From assembly GCA_965153355.1 (NCBI GenBank), contig OZ231126.1, positions 10,850,001 to 10,914,000 of the forward strand: DNA of 64,000 nt. The letters are read 5' to 3'. The translations under genes were made by a program, and so were the position numbers. Shown piece by piece: positions 29,343-42,221 of the stretch (position 1 is its first letter; every line of letters begins with the position of its first letter). Source of the DNA: Flaccisagitta enflata (taxonomy: Eukaryota). Under the pieces are notes generated by a model, which made no database searches, was not told the origin of the DNA, and worked only from the letters and a program-made list of their open reading frames with translations.

Positions 29343-32300
29343 TTTCACGTCGTCCAAGTTTCGCGTTCCCGACCTTTGCACCTTCCTTCCTAAAGACACA
29401 ACCTCTTATATAGTCGCAAAGCCAGCGACTAAAAAGATTCAAAGTAATGGATTTGTTGAGAGCAGCATTTATTGACAACCAACTAATCAACCGGTGGTTT
29501 AAACTAAGCCAGATACCAAGCTACCCCCGTCGCGTGCAAGTGGGCAGGGGCCATATTTGAGGTCAGTGGAGCATTCGGGCAGAAGCAGCATGGCCAAAAA
29601 CCCCATAAACGCCGAAAAAGGAAAGTGTGATGGACGGATGGATGGACCGACAGATGGACGGACAGACCAACAAAGCGGGGTGTAGAGTCACGTTGCACAT
29701 GAATTTTTTTTTTTTTTGGGGGGGGGGTCAACAAAATTCATTTATTCATTCATCATCTGCTACTCAACTAGTTTTTCCGATTTCCCTTTTTTCTCATGAG
29801 GCGTTTGAGAAAGTTGGTTAGCTTTTGGGGCCAAATGGTACTACGCATGAAATTAATAGCTAAGAAAGATCTAATTCTCCTCTTTCAGATGACGCCAAGC
29901 AGAATTCTGTGTGATCGATAGTTTAGGAGCTACAATTTTTTAAATCTTTTTTTGTTTTTTTTCGCATTTTCCCAAAAACAAGGAATCGAGGATTACAGGG
30001 TGTACCAACTCAGTTGTAATATAAAGAGGTGATGTATCTCTTAGCTTCTAAAGAAGATAATCCCATTCTGAAAAAAAGTTCCAAAGAGCTCTTAAAAAAC
30101 GATTTTTGCTCATGCTATAGCGCTAATAAAATTTTTCCGTCCAGAAAAGAATTTTACACATTCACAACCTGAAATAATGCAGCTATTTCTCAATTTGCAA
30201 TTTTAGTGACATTGCTCTCTTAGACACTTTTTCTTTAAGAGGCTCTCATTTCTAAACGGATTGAGCTAGAGACCTGAGATTGGTCCCAAATTGAAGAATT
30301 TTTGCAGTAGTTTTTGGCCCCATTAAAAAACATCCTCAAAATATTGAAGATTTTCTTTTTTCTTTCTTCAAAACCACATTTAAAAAAACAACTCAATTTT
30401 CAAAGGCATGAATTTGGCAAATATCATGCTATCTTTTCAAAAAATGTGAATTTTTCTATCTTTCACTATGCAGGATACCTTTAATTTGGGTCCAACTCTT
30501 CATGTTTTATCAAATTATTTACAGATGATACCTAAACAGGGAGTAGTTGTCATAGGAGATCAATGAAAAATGGCAAAATGGTTGCAAAAAGGCATGTACT
30601 TCCAAGCCATTTTCCATGACTGTTAATACCTTCCCATCATTTTTCCTCTTATTCTGTAAAAATCGTTTTTCAAAAGCTCTTTAGAATTTTTTTCAGAATT
30701 AGTTTATCTTATCTTTTTAGAAGCAGAGATACATCGATTCTTTATGTTACAACTGAGTTGGTACACCCTGTAGTTGAGGTCTATTTGAACTTTGAAATAT
30801 CCCAGGTGATGATTGTGCATCCTGGCATCACAGTCTTGCTCTCTTTTCAACTCAGTCCATCCATCAGTCCGTTGGGCCGTCTGTCTGTCCAAGTGGAAAA
30901 GCGGAAAACAAGCAGTCTAGATGCTTGTGAGTGGAGGTTCAGTTTTGGGTGTGGTAGGGGGTTGGATGGCTCTGTCCACCTGTCCAAAATGACATTGTAA
31001 CCCTGTTTTATTTGGAAAAAAGTCAAAGAGACTAAGTCCCTTCGGTCTTTTTGAGTCCTGCAGAGGAAAACGGATTTCCCTTTGTTTTAAGAGGCGTTTG
31101 GGCAAGGTCAGTTGATACATTTTGGGGGCAGAACGAGACTACGCATGGAATTAACAGCTAAGAAAGAGCTAATTCTCCTCTTTCAGATAACGCCAAGCAG
31201 AATTCTGTGCGATCGATAGATTTGGAACTATGATTTTTAAATCTTTTTATATTTTTTCGCATTTTTTGCATTTTCCCAAAAACGAGGAATCAAGTTGGTG
31301 GGAGTCTATTTGAATATTGAAATGTCCAAGGTGATGATAGTGTATCCTGGCAGCACAGTCTCTCTCAATTCAACTCTGGACACTATGAGAGGCTTTATCC
31401 GTCAGTCCATCCATTAGTCTGTTGGTCCGTCTGTCCGTCCGAGTGGAAAAGTGAAAAAACAAGCGGTCTGATGCTTGTGTGTGGGGGTTGAGGTTGAGAT
31501 GGGGGTTGGATGCCTCTGTCCACCTGTCCGCAACGAGTGAGAGAGACAAGAGGAGAGAGAAAATGAGAATGGGAGAGAGAAAGAGAGAGAGGAAGAGACG
31601 GGCAAACAAAGAACAAACAGACAAACACATGAGGAACAAACCAAAAAGATGCGCGGAGAATAACAAGGCCGGATACACGGCACCCCAGTCGCGGACGGTT
31701 GAGCAGCGGCAATAATGCCAAAACCACTCGCGAATCAAAAATGTTACGTGACGGACAGACCGACCGACCGACCGCCTTTATGGGTATGATTATTTTTAGT
31801 TTTGCGGAAGGGTAATTGCATAGGGACTTTCTCAAGAATGACTCGAAATTTTCGTTTTCGTCCCAAAGTTCTTCTCCAAATAAACATATTTGAAATGTAT
31901 ATCATGATAATATTCGGTTATTTCTCTGGAATTTACTCCTCTCAAAATCCCACCGGAATGGTTTAAAAAGGCAGTTGGGATTGTCTCTCATCATCGTTTC
32001 TCTGTTATGCTTTTCGATCAACGTTGAGACACAATTTCCAATTGAGTCCACGCTACTCGAGTACTCTTTTTGCGACAACGGTAAGACAACGGTTCCAATT
32101 TAGATGGTTCTAATTTAGATCGGGTTCATGTTACTCACTTGATTCGTTACAGACGGATAAACTGACGGACCAACCGATGTTTATGCAGCCTCATTGCATG
32201 CGACTAACCATTTTGCTTTTTAGTCGCGGACTAGGCTTTGTCCGTTTGTCCGTCTGTCCGTCTGTCGTTCCGTGCTAATCGAGTCAAAGAGTGGAAAAAC

Positions 32301-33085
32301 AAGCGTTCTAGATGCTTGTGTGTGGGGGGGTCGGGGTTGGGGTGTGGATGGGGGTTGAACGCCCGCGCCGTGCATCAGGCCTGATTTTAAGGCGAGCCCG
32401 CGAGCCCGATGCTCTCTATTTTGCTGTCGGGCGTTTATGTTGTGCGAGATGTGAGCCCGGGAGGCTCTCACAAATTAAGCTGCATATCGTGCTGCATATC
32501 AGCTGTTCTGTAAAAGGAACTATACGTTCTACTGCGTTGCAACTTGTGACGACCCGATCCTCAGGTCATTTCAAAAAGAAGGCAAAAAAAAATTTTACTT
32601 TTCGTTTCTTGATTTATTAATAGAGTTGTGGATTTCTTTATATAATGCTCCTCCAACATAAAATCCATCATGACAATTCAGATGAGAGAAGGTGTCAGAT
32701 GAGAGAAGGTTTGTTGCGGTAAAATAGTTGAAAATCGTCGAAAGTACTTAGATAGTTGAAAATCGTCGAAAGTACTTAGTTTAATCCACCAAATAGATTT
32801 TGATGATGGCAGAGTAGTCTCATTCAGTAATCGATAGGAAAAGTTTTTGTTTTTCGCTCAAACAAAATCTTTTCCCTCGTAACTTCAATATGCAAATTAG
32901 GGTTTTATGACGTCTTTTAACGGGCTCGCTGTTTTCCGATCGGGCTCAGTCAAATTGTGAGAAGCGAGCCCAAAAGGCTCAGTCAAAGAAATAGCTAAAA
33001 TCAGGCCTGCCCGTGCGCCCACCCTTCTGCGACAAGTTGGTAACCCTGCGTTACTTGTTTCCTCAGGCTTTTGGACAACTCTGTC

Positions 33086-33263
33086 ATGTCCGAGTACACG
33101 TATCCTCAAGTTGCTTTCCACGGCAATGACGAGGTTGAGATCCAACCGTCGCCGCTTTACGACGCCACGACGCCGTTGAACAGCGCAACGACGCCACTTA
33201 ACAGCACAACAACGCCCAAACGTGCCGAGTCTCGCACTTTATGGCGCTGCGACGACGGTGGCA

Positions 33264-33325
<62 letters not shown>

Positions 33326-35145
33326 TGAAGTGCTGCTGCCGTCTGGTCGTCGGTGCGTCTCCGGCGGCGGCGGCGGCATGTTACTAAAGACTCTAGCTTC
33401 TCAAGAAGCTAAGATAATCAAAGGATAAGCTTTTTCTAATTCTTTTAGATATCAAATCATGAATATTTTTCCAATATTCAAAATGATATGTAGCCTTTAT
33501 TGTTTAGCTTACCATATCTAAACAGTTTGAGCTACTCAGTCTATGGACATTTTGGTATTTGTAGATATGTCAGCAGTTTGGTATATTTCAACCCGTTGAA
33601 ATCTCTCATTCTGGCATATTTCAACAGGTTGAAATCTCTCATTTTGGCACATTTCAACACATTGAAATCTCTCATTCTACAAGAATAATGTCAGTAGAAT
33701 GAAAGATTTCAACCCATTGAAATATACCGGAATAAGAGATTTCAACGGGTTGACGTGCACCAAACTGCTGACATATCTACAAATACCGAAATGTCCAAAG
33801 ACTGTACTGGGACCAGATTGCACTCATTATGTTACCTATCTAGACTTCTTCCCCAACATAAGATGGCAATGACTGATAAGTCTAAAACAGATTTTGTGAC
33901 CAAGAGAGAAAAGTCAAAATAGAAAGGACCAAATATTGAAAACTTGAAATTTGACAATTTTTTTCTCAGAGGGCTGAAAATTTCAGACCAAGTGTCTTAA
34001 AACGCATAGACACCCCTTTAGTTGAGTTTACCTCTTTGCAAAATACACTCCTTAAAACTCTTAACTTTAAGAAAAAATGTTTAATTAATAATAGTGTCAT
34101 TCAAAAACCAAAAAACTGAACTGATCCTAAAAGTTACTCAATACTCATTAATGAATCCATACAATATTACCCCCATTCTCTACATGCAGGTTGGAAGATT
34201 TGGAATTCATTCTTGCTGATTACCATATTGTTGTTTGTGGTGGCTTTGAACATCCAAATCCATTTGTCTCGACCAAGGAAGACGAATGATGGTGAGCCGA
34301 CTTCTTCAGCGCGCCATGAAAACATCATGAAACATGTTCTGCATCAAATCAATGTCAGTGAAAAGGCAGAACCACCAAAGTACGAGGAAATTTTGGAGGA
34401 AACAGTCAATCTCCTAGAACGTCTGTTGCAAGGCCTGAATGATAGTTTGAGTGCATCAGTGGATGTTGCCGTTAATAATCTTAGGCGCAATGAAGAAGCC
34501 ATGACCATAAAACTCATTGAGTCTGTTGAAAAATTACTATCAAATCAGTCTGAGTCCATAAGTCAATTACAGCGAGGTACTTCAAATGAAAGACAGTTTA
34601 ACGATGCGAGAATTAAAATGATGATTGAGGCAATGGTCAATATTCAACAAAATCAGTCTGAAGCCTTGACCAGAATGCAGGAGCAAAATATAATGATGAT
34701 CAAGACTATGATTGATACACAGAACAACCAGTCTAAGTTCATCACGAAAATGCAAAAAGATGCTAAGGAGAAAAGTCAAAGTGATGAAGCAAGAAATGAA
34801 AAGCTCATCCAAACTATGAAACAAATTCAGCAAGACACGGTCAGGGACAGACAACTCAGTGACGAGAGAAAAGAAAAGATGATCGAGACCATGATCAACA
34901 TTCAACAAAATCAGTCCAGAGCTGTGACCCAAGCGCAGAAGCAGAACTTGATGATGATTAAGGCCATGATTGATTCACAAAACAACCTCTCTGAGGCACA
35001 AATGACCGCGGGGGAATAACAGGGTGATTGAGGCCATAACACTAATACACCAGGAGAACAAGGTGATGATGAAGGAAATGGTTGATACACAGCAAAATCA
35101 GTCTGAGGTCATAACACTAATACACCAGGAGAACAAGGCGATGTT
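33086..35145 (+). pseudogene. 5'-only duplicate of the lectin/SRCR receptor gene (exon 33086-33257, exon from 34190), truncated at the breakpoint
   Basis: Same sequence as 53789-55832 on the - strand. Ends abruptly in the coiled-coil region where retrotransposon sequence begins. Confidence 0.85.
33537..33804. mobile_element. Small palindromic MITE (mirrored at ~55130-55397)
   Basis: TIRs CAGTCTATGGACATTTTGGTATTTGTAGATATGTCAGCAGTTTGG / CCAAACTGCTGACATATCTACAAATACCGAAATGTCCAAAGACTG, with internal TTGAAAT..ATTTCAAC repeats. Confidence 0.75.
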
Positions 35146-38100
35146 CTGCGATCCACACCTTGTGATCAACACGCCCGTTCATCTTCACTAGGAAATGACC
35201 CATGACATCCAATCCAGTCTCTGCAAAGACAGGCGCAGGATTGGCGTTTGATGGAAGATTGTGTTTTGCTGATTTTGCGATTCTTTTGAAGTTCTACAGC
35301 ATCGACACATGTTGACGACGCTCTTGACAGCCTGAAGACCTTCTATAATCCACACAAATTGGCGTAATTGGCTCAATATATGCCTTGCACCCGCGTGAAA
35401 ATCATTGTGATGATAATGGCGATTCAATGATTTCACATTCTCGTCTTTTGGCGGCAGGATGAAGGGAAATTTAGCGTCGTGAGCGATGTCGGCGTTTTCC
35501 AATCGACTACCGACACGAATGATACCGCCATCGTCGACGCCAGGATTCAATTTCCGCATCTCTTTATTCTTTATGATGAAGTCATGACAGCTTTCTGGTT
35601 TAAAGACTTTTCCCAACACCAATTGTTCGAAAACGGCGTCTGAATAATGATGCCGCTGCATTGGCTCGACGAGCTGTTTGCACGCCTCCTCCAAAACGTC
35701 TTGCGTCACTTCCGGTTTAGGAAGGAGAGATCGCTGCTGCTCGTGTCTTAAGCCTTGGATACGCTCTCCACCTTTTGACTGCGATAAGAGCCATGCCGAT
35801 GATCCTGGCAACCATCCCATTTTCCCCGAGGAAGCTGCTGAAGTATCGCGTCAGCCACTTGTTTCTTTTCCCTACTTTCAGCCACATGCAATGCGTGACT
35901 TGTGCGAAATAGGGCACTGCATCGCGATGTTCGTCTTTGGCCATTGATCTTCGGGAAGACGCAAAAATGCAGGACCGTGATGGAATTGATGCCATTTTTC
36001 AGCTTCATGGGCCTGAATGCCTCTGCTACACAGTGGTCCACCGGGTTATTTGACGAATCACCAGCACCACTGCTGAGATCAGACCCTTTATGAATCTTGC
36101 TTGGAGAAGACGATTGGCGAAAAGCCACAGGCCTTGGTTGCGGTTCTGCAAATCATCTTCAGTACAGATTCAGAATCAGACCAAACTGGCATCAAAATTC
36201 AACTGGTCGATGGTCCTTCCGGCCGACGTTTGAGCTGCACTGCTTTCTGAATGCAATCTCGGCGCGTGGAGAGCAGCTGTTTGTGATGAGAAGCATTTGA
36301 GTTAAGTGGAATGGTAGGATTTGGAGCGATGGATGATGTGTTTTTATCTCCCATCTCTCTCGATTGATTTGGCGACATCGATATGCAACTGCTCCATATC
36401 CGCCTTTAGACCGCATATAAGATTTCAATTATTATTTCATAATGTCACTATTGTCGGCGCCGCCATTCCACCAGCGTTCAATTCAGTATTGTTGTAGAAG
36501 AGGCCAAGATGAAGTGTAGCGGAAGAAAGATTCCTGGACGCTCTCTTCCAAGGGCGAATCCCATCCCACTTCCTGTGGACGACAAAGTTGAAGATGTAGT
36601 CTGTCGATGTATGCGCTTGGGCTCCAAAATCTCAATGGATCCTGGAGTTTAACATGGAACCGTTGACAGTGAGGTGTTTTGCTCTAAGAGTTTTGAATTC
36701 CTTAGTATAGATGAAGATATGAACGTCTTCTTTGGAAACCATAGAGCATGCACCTTAGTGGCGCATCATCTTGTATCTGAGATGGGAATTGGCACGTTCG
36801 GATCATCCACATCTGTCGCGCATTACTTTTCCACTTCACAAGATCCCGTCCCGCCCCTTCAGCCGCCGCACACCATCACCTTCAACTGCGGTGTTCGTCG
36901 ACGAATCCCACCCCGCTAAATGCCGTCGGCGCGGCTGGCGAATAAGATCGTGGGAATTTGTTAAGGATATTAATGAATTGCATGGCATGCTGTCTGTGGT
37001 AAGAAAGACGTGGCGGGCAAGGCTGGATTGGCTGCCAAAGTACATCATGATAGGAACGAATTCAAGCACCTCGTAGAGTACGGTCTTTGAACCAAAGAAT
37101 CTGAACAGATCAGCGTCGTCAGGATGGGCGCGGATCTGGTGGAAGAACGCCTTTATATCACACATAAAGGCGATCTTCCACTGATACTTTTGCATGAGGA
37201 TGTCCATCAAGCTGTTCATCAGGTTTGGACCTCCGACCAGAGCAATCATTGGTGAATCCCGTCGGTGCGCCGCGTATCTGTGGCCTCTGTGAGTTTCTGC
37301 ACAATTCAACAATATGAAGCGGCAAGTACCAGTGCAGCTTCTCAATGCCGTCGTCGTCGTCGAAGTAGTCAATCTCAACCACCACTCCCGTCTTGTAAAA
37401 CTGCAAGATTTCACGGAAGACTCTTTCTTTGAAAACTGGATCACGATTGAAGCGGAAGCGTTGGTTGCCGAGCCGCTTCGCCATGAATCGGTCGTGATTT
37501 CACTCTTCTCAGAATTTCCATGATTTTGTCGTGATGAAATTTCCATGTGGCCAGAGCAAAATATTTTCCCACAATTGGGCAAAAATAAGTCTTTCCTCTA
37601 ACATTTTGCACGCTCTGATGTTTTCCAGGGAATCACCCATCTCCTCTTGAAGACGATTGACGATGCAAAGTCATGAAAGAAGATGCGGTCAATGTTGCTG
37701 TTGGGGACGCGATTGGCGAGGATGCGATTGATGCTATAGTTGAGGACGCGGTCATCCGTCGTGATAGTGATGATCGACGCAATATCTCGTCCTCTCTTGC
37801 CCGTTTTTCCGTATGCAATCCTGGCGAATAGACATCTGAAGCAAGTCAAAGATCCTGACCCTCGGCGGATTTCTTGAGCGACGGCGGCATCCGCATGCGC
37901 CGCTCCGATGATCATCATCACACCGCCTTCAACTTCTAAATTTCATACTGAGTTGGTCAGATGGAGATACATGGAGAAAGGAATGTATCGCGTTCACTCG
38001 TTAACAAATCACCCAAACGCGTATTGACATCGGCAGCGTATTCGTCGAAACCGATTGCATGGTGAATGATAGATGAAAGCGATCTTGAACCTCAACAACA

Positions 38101-41100
38101 TGACTTCCCACAGTAATCACGATCATTACCTGTTTTATTGGGATGAAGACTCTGAATAGCGCTGGTACCGGCAAATCGCGATCGGCGCCTGAGTAATCGC
38201 CGCATATCGTCTCTGCGCCGAAGAATTGTTTATGATAGTCACTGCCGGGCATTCGGACGGGACAGCAGCAATCGAATGAAGGAGCGGACGGCGGCGTTGC
38301 CGTCAGCCAGTCATGTGGCGTTAGGAGAGATGATTTCCGTTGGATCAGCTGCTTCCGTCGTCGACGGGGCTGTTGGTGCTGCTGCAGCCGCATCCTCTGA
38401 CTTTTTGAAGGCAGCCAGAGGCCCTTTATTTCCCTGCTTATTTTCTCCTTTCTTCTCTTTACTTTCTTCTTTCTTTCTTGCAGGTGCGCCCGTGGAGAAT
38501 CGGTGCGTGCCGCTTCTTGCAGGTTTGGCAAGTCAGTCTATTCGCGCATCCTTTGGCGTTGTGTCCTGGCGCGAGGCAGTGGAAACACAGGCGACGAGAC
38601 ATGATCTTTTGAACTCTCGCGTCCACTTCCAACTCTAATAGCTGATGACAGTCTTCTGTTTGATGCACATTCCACTGCAGGCGTTGCAGCGGTCCGTCGA
38701 CTGCGTCTTTGCGCCGTTGGCGATCAGCATCTTCGCGCCGCGATGATGGCGCCACCTATAACTGGCGTTGCGACTGCTGCCACTGATGCTGTTTTGCAGC
38801 TTGCGCCTCTGTTGCGCTGAATCACCGCCCATGTCTCGATCATGGCCAAATGGGTTGAATGAAAATAATTATCATTTGGGCTGCTTCATGTGTTATATTT
38901 TCCCCAGGGTATCTGCAAGATGAGGACCCTCACTGTTGAGTCTCTCCTGCAGCAGCTGCGTCACATTAACAGTATTGCGCTTCTCCACAGTCCTGCAATC
39001 TTCTTGCTTTGCAGCTCTTGCAGACAAATTGAAATGCCTTGCATGGTCGGCCGACTGGATCTTTGCCTCCGTGACGATTTCGTTGAACAGCGCCGCAATG
39101 TTTCAGCCTTGCCATAAAGGCAACGTCCATTTTTGCGAAGAGCGTGTCAATCTCTCCTCTTGCCAATAAAGCTTCAGTTGCGTCAATCGTCGCAGTTTCA
39201 ATGATCTCTTTTGCCGGACCAGCAAACCACTTAGGCAATTCCAACAAGATGTCCATTTGCGTCAAGCCTTCATGCTTCCCAGCATCTTTGAACTTCCTCT
39301 TCCACATCATGAAGTCGGTGGATGAAAGCTCCTGCAGAGGCTTCACAGGTCTTGCTCTCTCCAACGCTTTGAGGCCGACCTCCCTTGCTCTGAGATCATT
39401 ATCGTCGCTCTTCCAAAAACCTGTCACGCAGGCCGGATTGTTGGGCATCTAGGCGTGGTTCCGGTTGTGGGCTGCGATGCTCACTTGATGATAAGCTGAG
39501 GTTGTTCGGATAAGCGTATTGACCCCGACTTTTACCGATCTCATAAAACTAGTTTTCTGCCCTCCGCAACTTCCTTTTGCTGATTCATTTTATTGTGGAT
39601 CATCTTGATGGAAGTCAGGGGAGCATCAAAATCTTATGTGGGCCCATTACTGTCGCTGTTTGTTGTTCTCTTTTAGTTGTTTCTCTTGCTCTCGCTACGG
39701 CAAGAGTCAAGAAGTCTACTCTGTACAGATCTGCATCTTCAAGCTATCCACTTCCTGTTGCAAGCATTGATTCTGCTGGATGACTTCCGCTTGAGGCGTT
39801 GCTAGAGGCGCTTGCGCTACTTTCGGCTTCGGCTGCAATACATTCATTGTCGTCTTGGGAGCGACTTTTCTTCTCTCTTTATCTTTCAGCTGCACTGTGC
39901 CAGCTTCCACGTCTGTGACCTCCTGCTTCTGCCTCTGCGCATCGCCTCCGTTGCATCACCTCCGCTTCCGGCTGTGTTGAAGACCTTTTCCTCTTGATGA
40001 GGAAGACCAGTCTCCCTTCTAGAACCAATCTGCTTCTCAGATCACTTCCGGTGCGGTAGGGAGAATGGTTGCACTGCTGGGGGTTTGATGATGCTGATCA
40101 CGATGCTGTTGCTGTTACATTGAAGCCGTTCCTGCTGCCACTGTTGATGTTGAAGCTGCTGTTGCTGGTCAGGACGCTGTTGCTGTTCGTTCTGCTGCTG
40201 CAGTTGACGCTGGCGCTGGCGTTGCTGCCGCTGCTGCTCCGGCTACTGCTGCTGCTGCATCGGCTGCTTGACGGGCGTTTCCGCTGGCTGCACATGGCGT
40301 TGCTGTATGTTCGAATTAGACAATCCCAGATTGGGGCTTCTGAAGATAGATCGGCGGTCTTTTGGCGGATGCTGCGGCTGCTGCTGGTCCAGCTCAGACA
40401 GTTGTCTAAGCTTCACATCCCGCTGCTCTAAAGCTCCACCAATGCTGCCGTCGTTCAGGCTATTCCAGTGCTTTCGTTTCATTTCTGCAGCGGTGTTGAA
40501 TACTCCTGCTCTTCTATCTTCATCTGGTTGCTGCTGCTGGCGAAAGTTACACATTCTGTCGTATAACTCTTTGTCTTCTTGTGATGAGCTTCGTTCTTGG
40601 AATCCCAATGGCTTTATGATCAGCGCCTTTGGAGCTGTTGATACACCACCACATTCACCTTCAGCCATCATGCTAATTGTTCGATCTGCAAAGGCGTGCA
40701 TCTACTAACTTCTTCTGTCTCCTCACTGACGTTCATGCTTTCGACAGGATGGTCATTTGAAGCTGGAGGATTCACTACCACCGCTGGGATCGCGGCGGAA
40801 GGTTGCTGTTGCTGCTGCAGTTGCTGTTGCATATGTTCTCCTGCATCGTTTTGCCGCTGTTGTTGTTGTTCATGCGGCTGCATTGCCGTTTGATGTTGTC
40901 GCAGCTCTTGTTGTTGTTGCTGTTGCTGCTGTTGCTGCTGTTGATCGTGTTGTTGCTGTTGTTGAGCCACAGGTTGTGGCGCCGGCTGCAGGATCTGATG
41001 TTGTTGTTGATCTTGTTGACAAAATTGTTGGAGTTGCTGCAACTGCTGCTGCTGCAACAGCTCTTGCTGCTGCCGCTGAGCCGTCGTTTGCTGCTGCTCC

Positions 41101-42221
41101 TGTGGTCGGTGGAGTTGACGTTGCTGTTGGAGTTGCTGCTGCTGCATCTGCAATTGATGCTGCTGCTGTTGCTCCTGTTGCTGTCGCTGCTCCTCCTCCC
41201 GTTGTTGCTGCTGCATATCGTCAATCAGCCGACGGCCTTGTCGCATTTCCTCCTCCAACTGCCTACCCCATCTGTCTCTCTCAGCACTCCTGTTGACGAA
41301 GCGTCGCCTTGCCCTCTCCTGCGGCGTCAATCCGTTGATGATCCCGCGGCCTCTTGCGAGAGCGTCGGCGTCGTCGAGATCCGCAAGCATGTCGTCAGCT
41401 TGCTCCATCGGAGACGCACGCGCAGGTTCAATTTCCGAGACCAAATCTGATACCCATTGATTGACGGCATCTCCTCTTTGGATCGGCGGCAGATTTAAAA
41501 ATTGGCCGCCAGTTGGAGATTGCGCACCATGTCGCGGGACCGGAAGTGGTAGATACTCGGATCCGTCGGGGTTTGGCGAAGACGTTCGCATCCTTGGAGT
41601 CGGAGCGCCGGTAACATTGTCACGGGCGGCGTGAGTGTCAGTTGGGAGACTGTTCCATGAGAATTCATTGACGGGTCTTTTGCGATTCCCGATGTCGTTA
41701 TGCACTGCGTTCACGATGTCGGCGTTGGAAGGAAAACCCTCTGGATAGTTCTCACGATCAAAGAAACGCATGGAGTCCCATTCGCGCCGGATTCGACGCA
41801 AAGTAGACGCCGCGAATCGAAGAGGGTCGCCGGGCATCGAGTCGAGCGCCATTTGCCTTGCATACGATATAAAGTCGTAGACCATGTCCCGAAGGCCGTG
41901 TCGAGCGCCATCTGATTCACAGGCGGCGTCGTCGAAGTCATTCGTTCCTTCGGCGCAAGTAGAAACGGCGTCGAAAAGGCGCCGGCATCCTTCCATTTCC
42001 GCAGTGATGTCGTTCCTCATTGCGCGCAAACGATTCGACCTCGGACACTGATTCAAACCGAAGTGAGATACACGAGATGACGTTGAAGCGGTCGAGACGG
42101 TGTCGTCGTTGCGCGCGGCTGCCAGTGTCCAATTTCGTTTTCGGAGGTCGAAGACGGAAAGAGTCGAGTCGTTTTTTAAATTGTTGAAATATAAATTACG
42201 CCCACGAGTTTCAACTGGCAC
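35146..42221 (-). mobile_element. Degraded BEL/Pao LTR retrotransposon (gag-pol), 3'-truncated in the integrase
   Basis: Gag knuckles CFHCLAPGHNAKGCANRLTCQTCKKRHAPILH. RT-like GPNLMNSLMDIL..IAFMCDIKAFFHQI. Pao-typical GIIRVGSRLENA..KFPFILP. Integrase HHCC (HHNDFHAG...CRCC) and VFAETGLDVMGHFLVK..KVWIA ending at 35146. Many frameshifts. LTRs not identified. Confidence 0.9.
40668..42221 (-). CDS. N-terminal part of the retrotransposon gag, glutamine-rich (517 aa ORF, frameshifted downstream)
   Basis: Longest ORF in the window. Begins MPVETRG, same strand as and upstream of the gag knuckles, and continues into further Q-rich fragments. Confidence 0.65.
   Translation of the reverse strand: MPVETRGRNLYFNNLKNDSTLSVFDLRKRNWTLAAARNDDTVSTASTSSRVSHFGLNQCPRSNRLRAMRNDITAEMEGCRRLFDAVSTCAEGTNDFDDAACESDGARHGLRDMVYDFISYARQMALDSMPGDPLRFAASTLRRIRREWDSMRFFDRENYPEGFPSNADIVNAVHNDIGNRKRPVNEFSWNSLPTDTHAARDNVTGAPTPRMRTSSPNPDGSEYLPLPVPRHGAQSPTGGQFLNLPPIQRGDAVNQWVSDLVSEIEPARASPMEQADDMLADLDDADALARGRGIINGLTPQERARRRFVNRSAERDRWGRQLEEEMRQGRRLIDDMQQQQREEEQRQQQEQQQQHQLQMQQQQLQQQRQLHRPQEQQQTTAQRQQQELLQQQQLQQLQQFCQQDQQQHQILQPAPQPVAQQQQQHDQQQQQQQQQQQQELRQHQTAMQPHEQQQQRQNDAGEHMQQQLQQQQQPSAAIPAVVVNPPASNDHPVESMNVSEETEEVSRCTPLQIEQLA

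Larger units (their letters stand above)
28249..35145 (+). repeat. Left arm of a ~6.9 kb inverted duplication
   Basis: Reverse complement of 53789-60615. Outer edge AGATAGTCACAG, inner edge ...GGCGATGTT. Identical 268-aa and 102-aa ORFs are mirrored in the ORF track. Confidence 0.97.
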
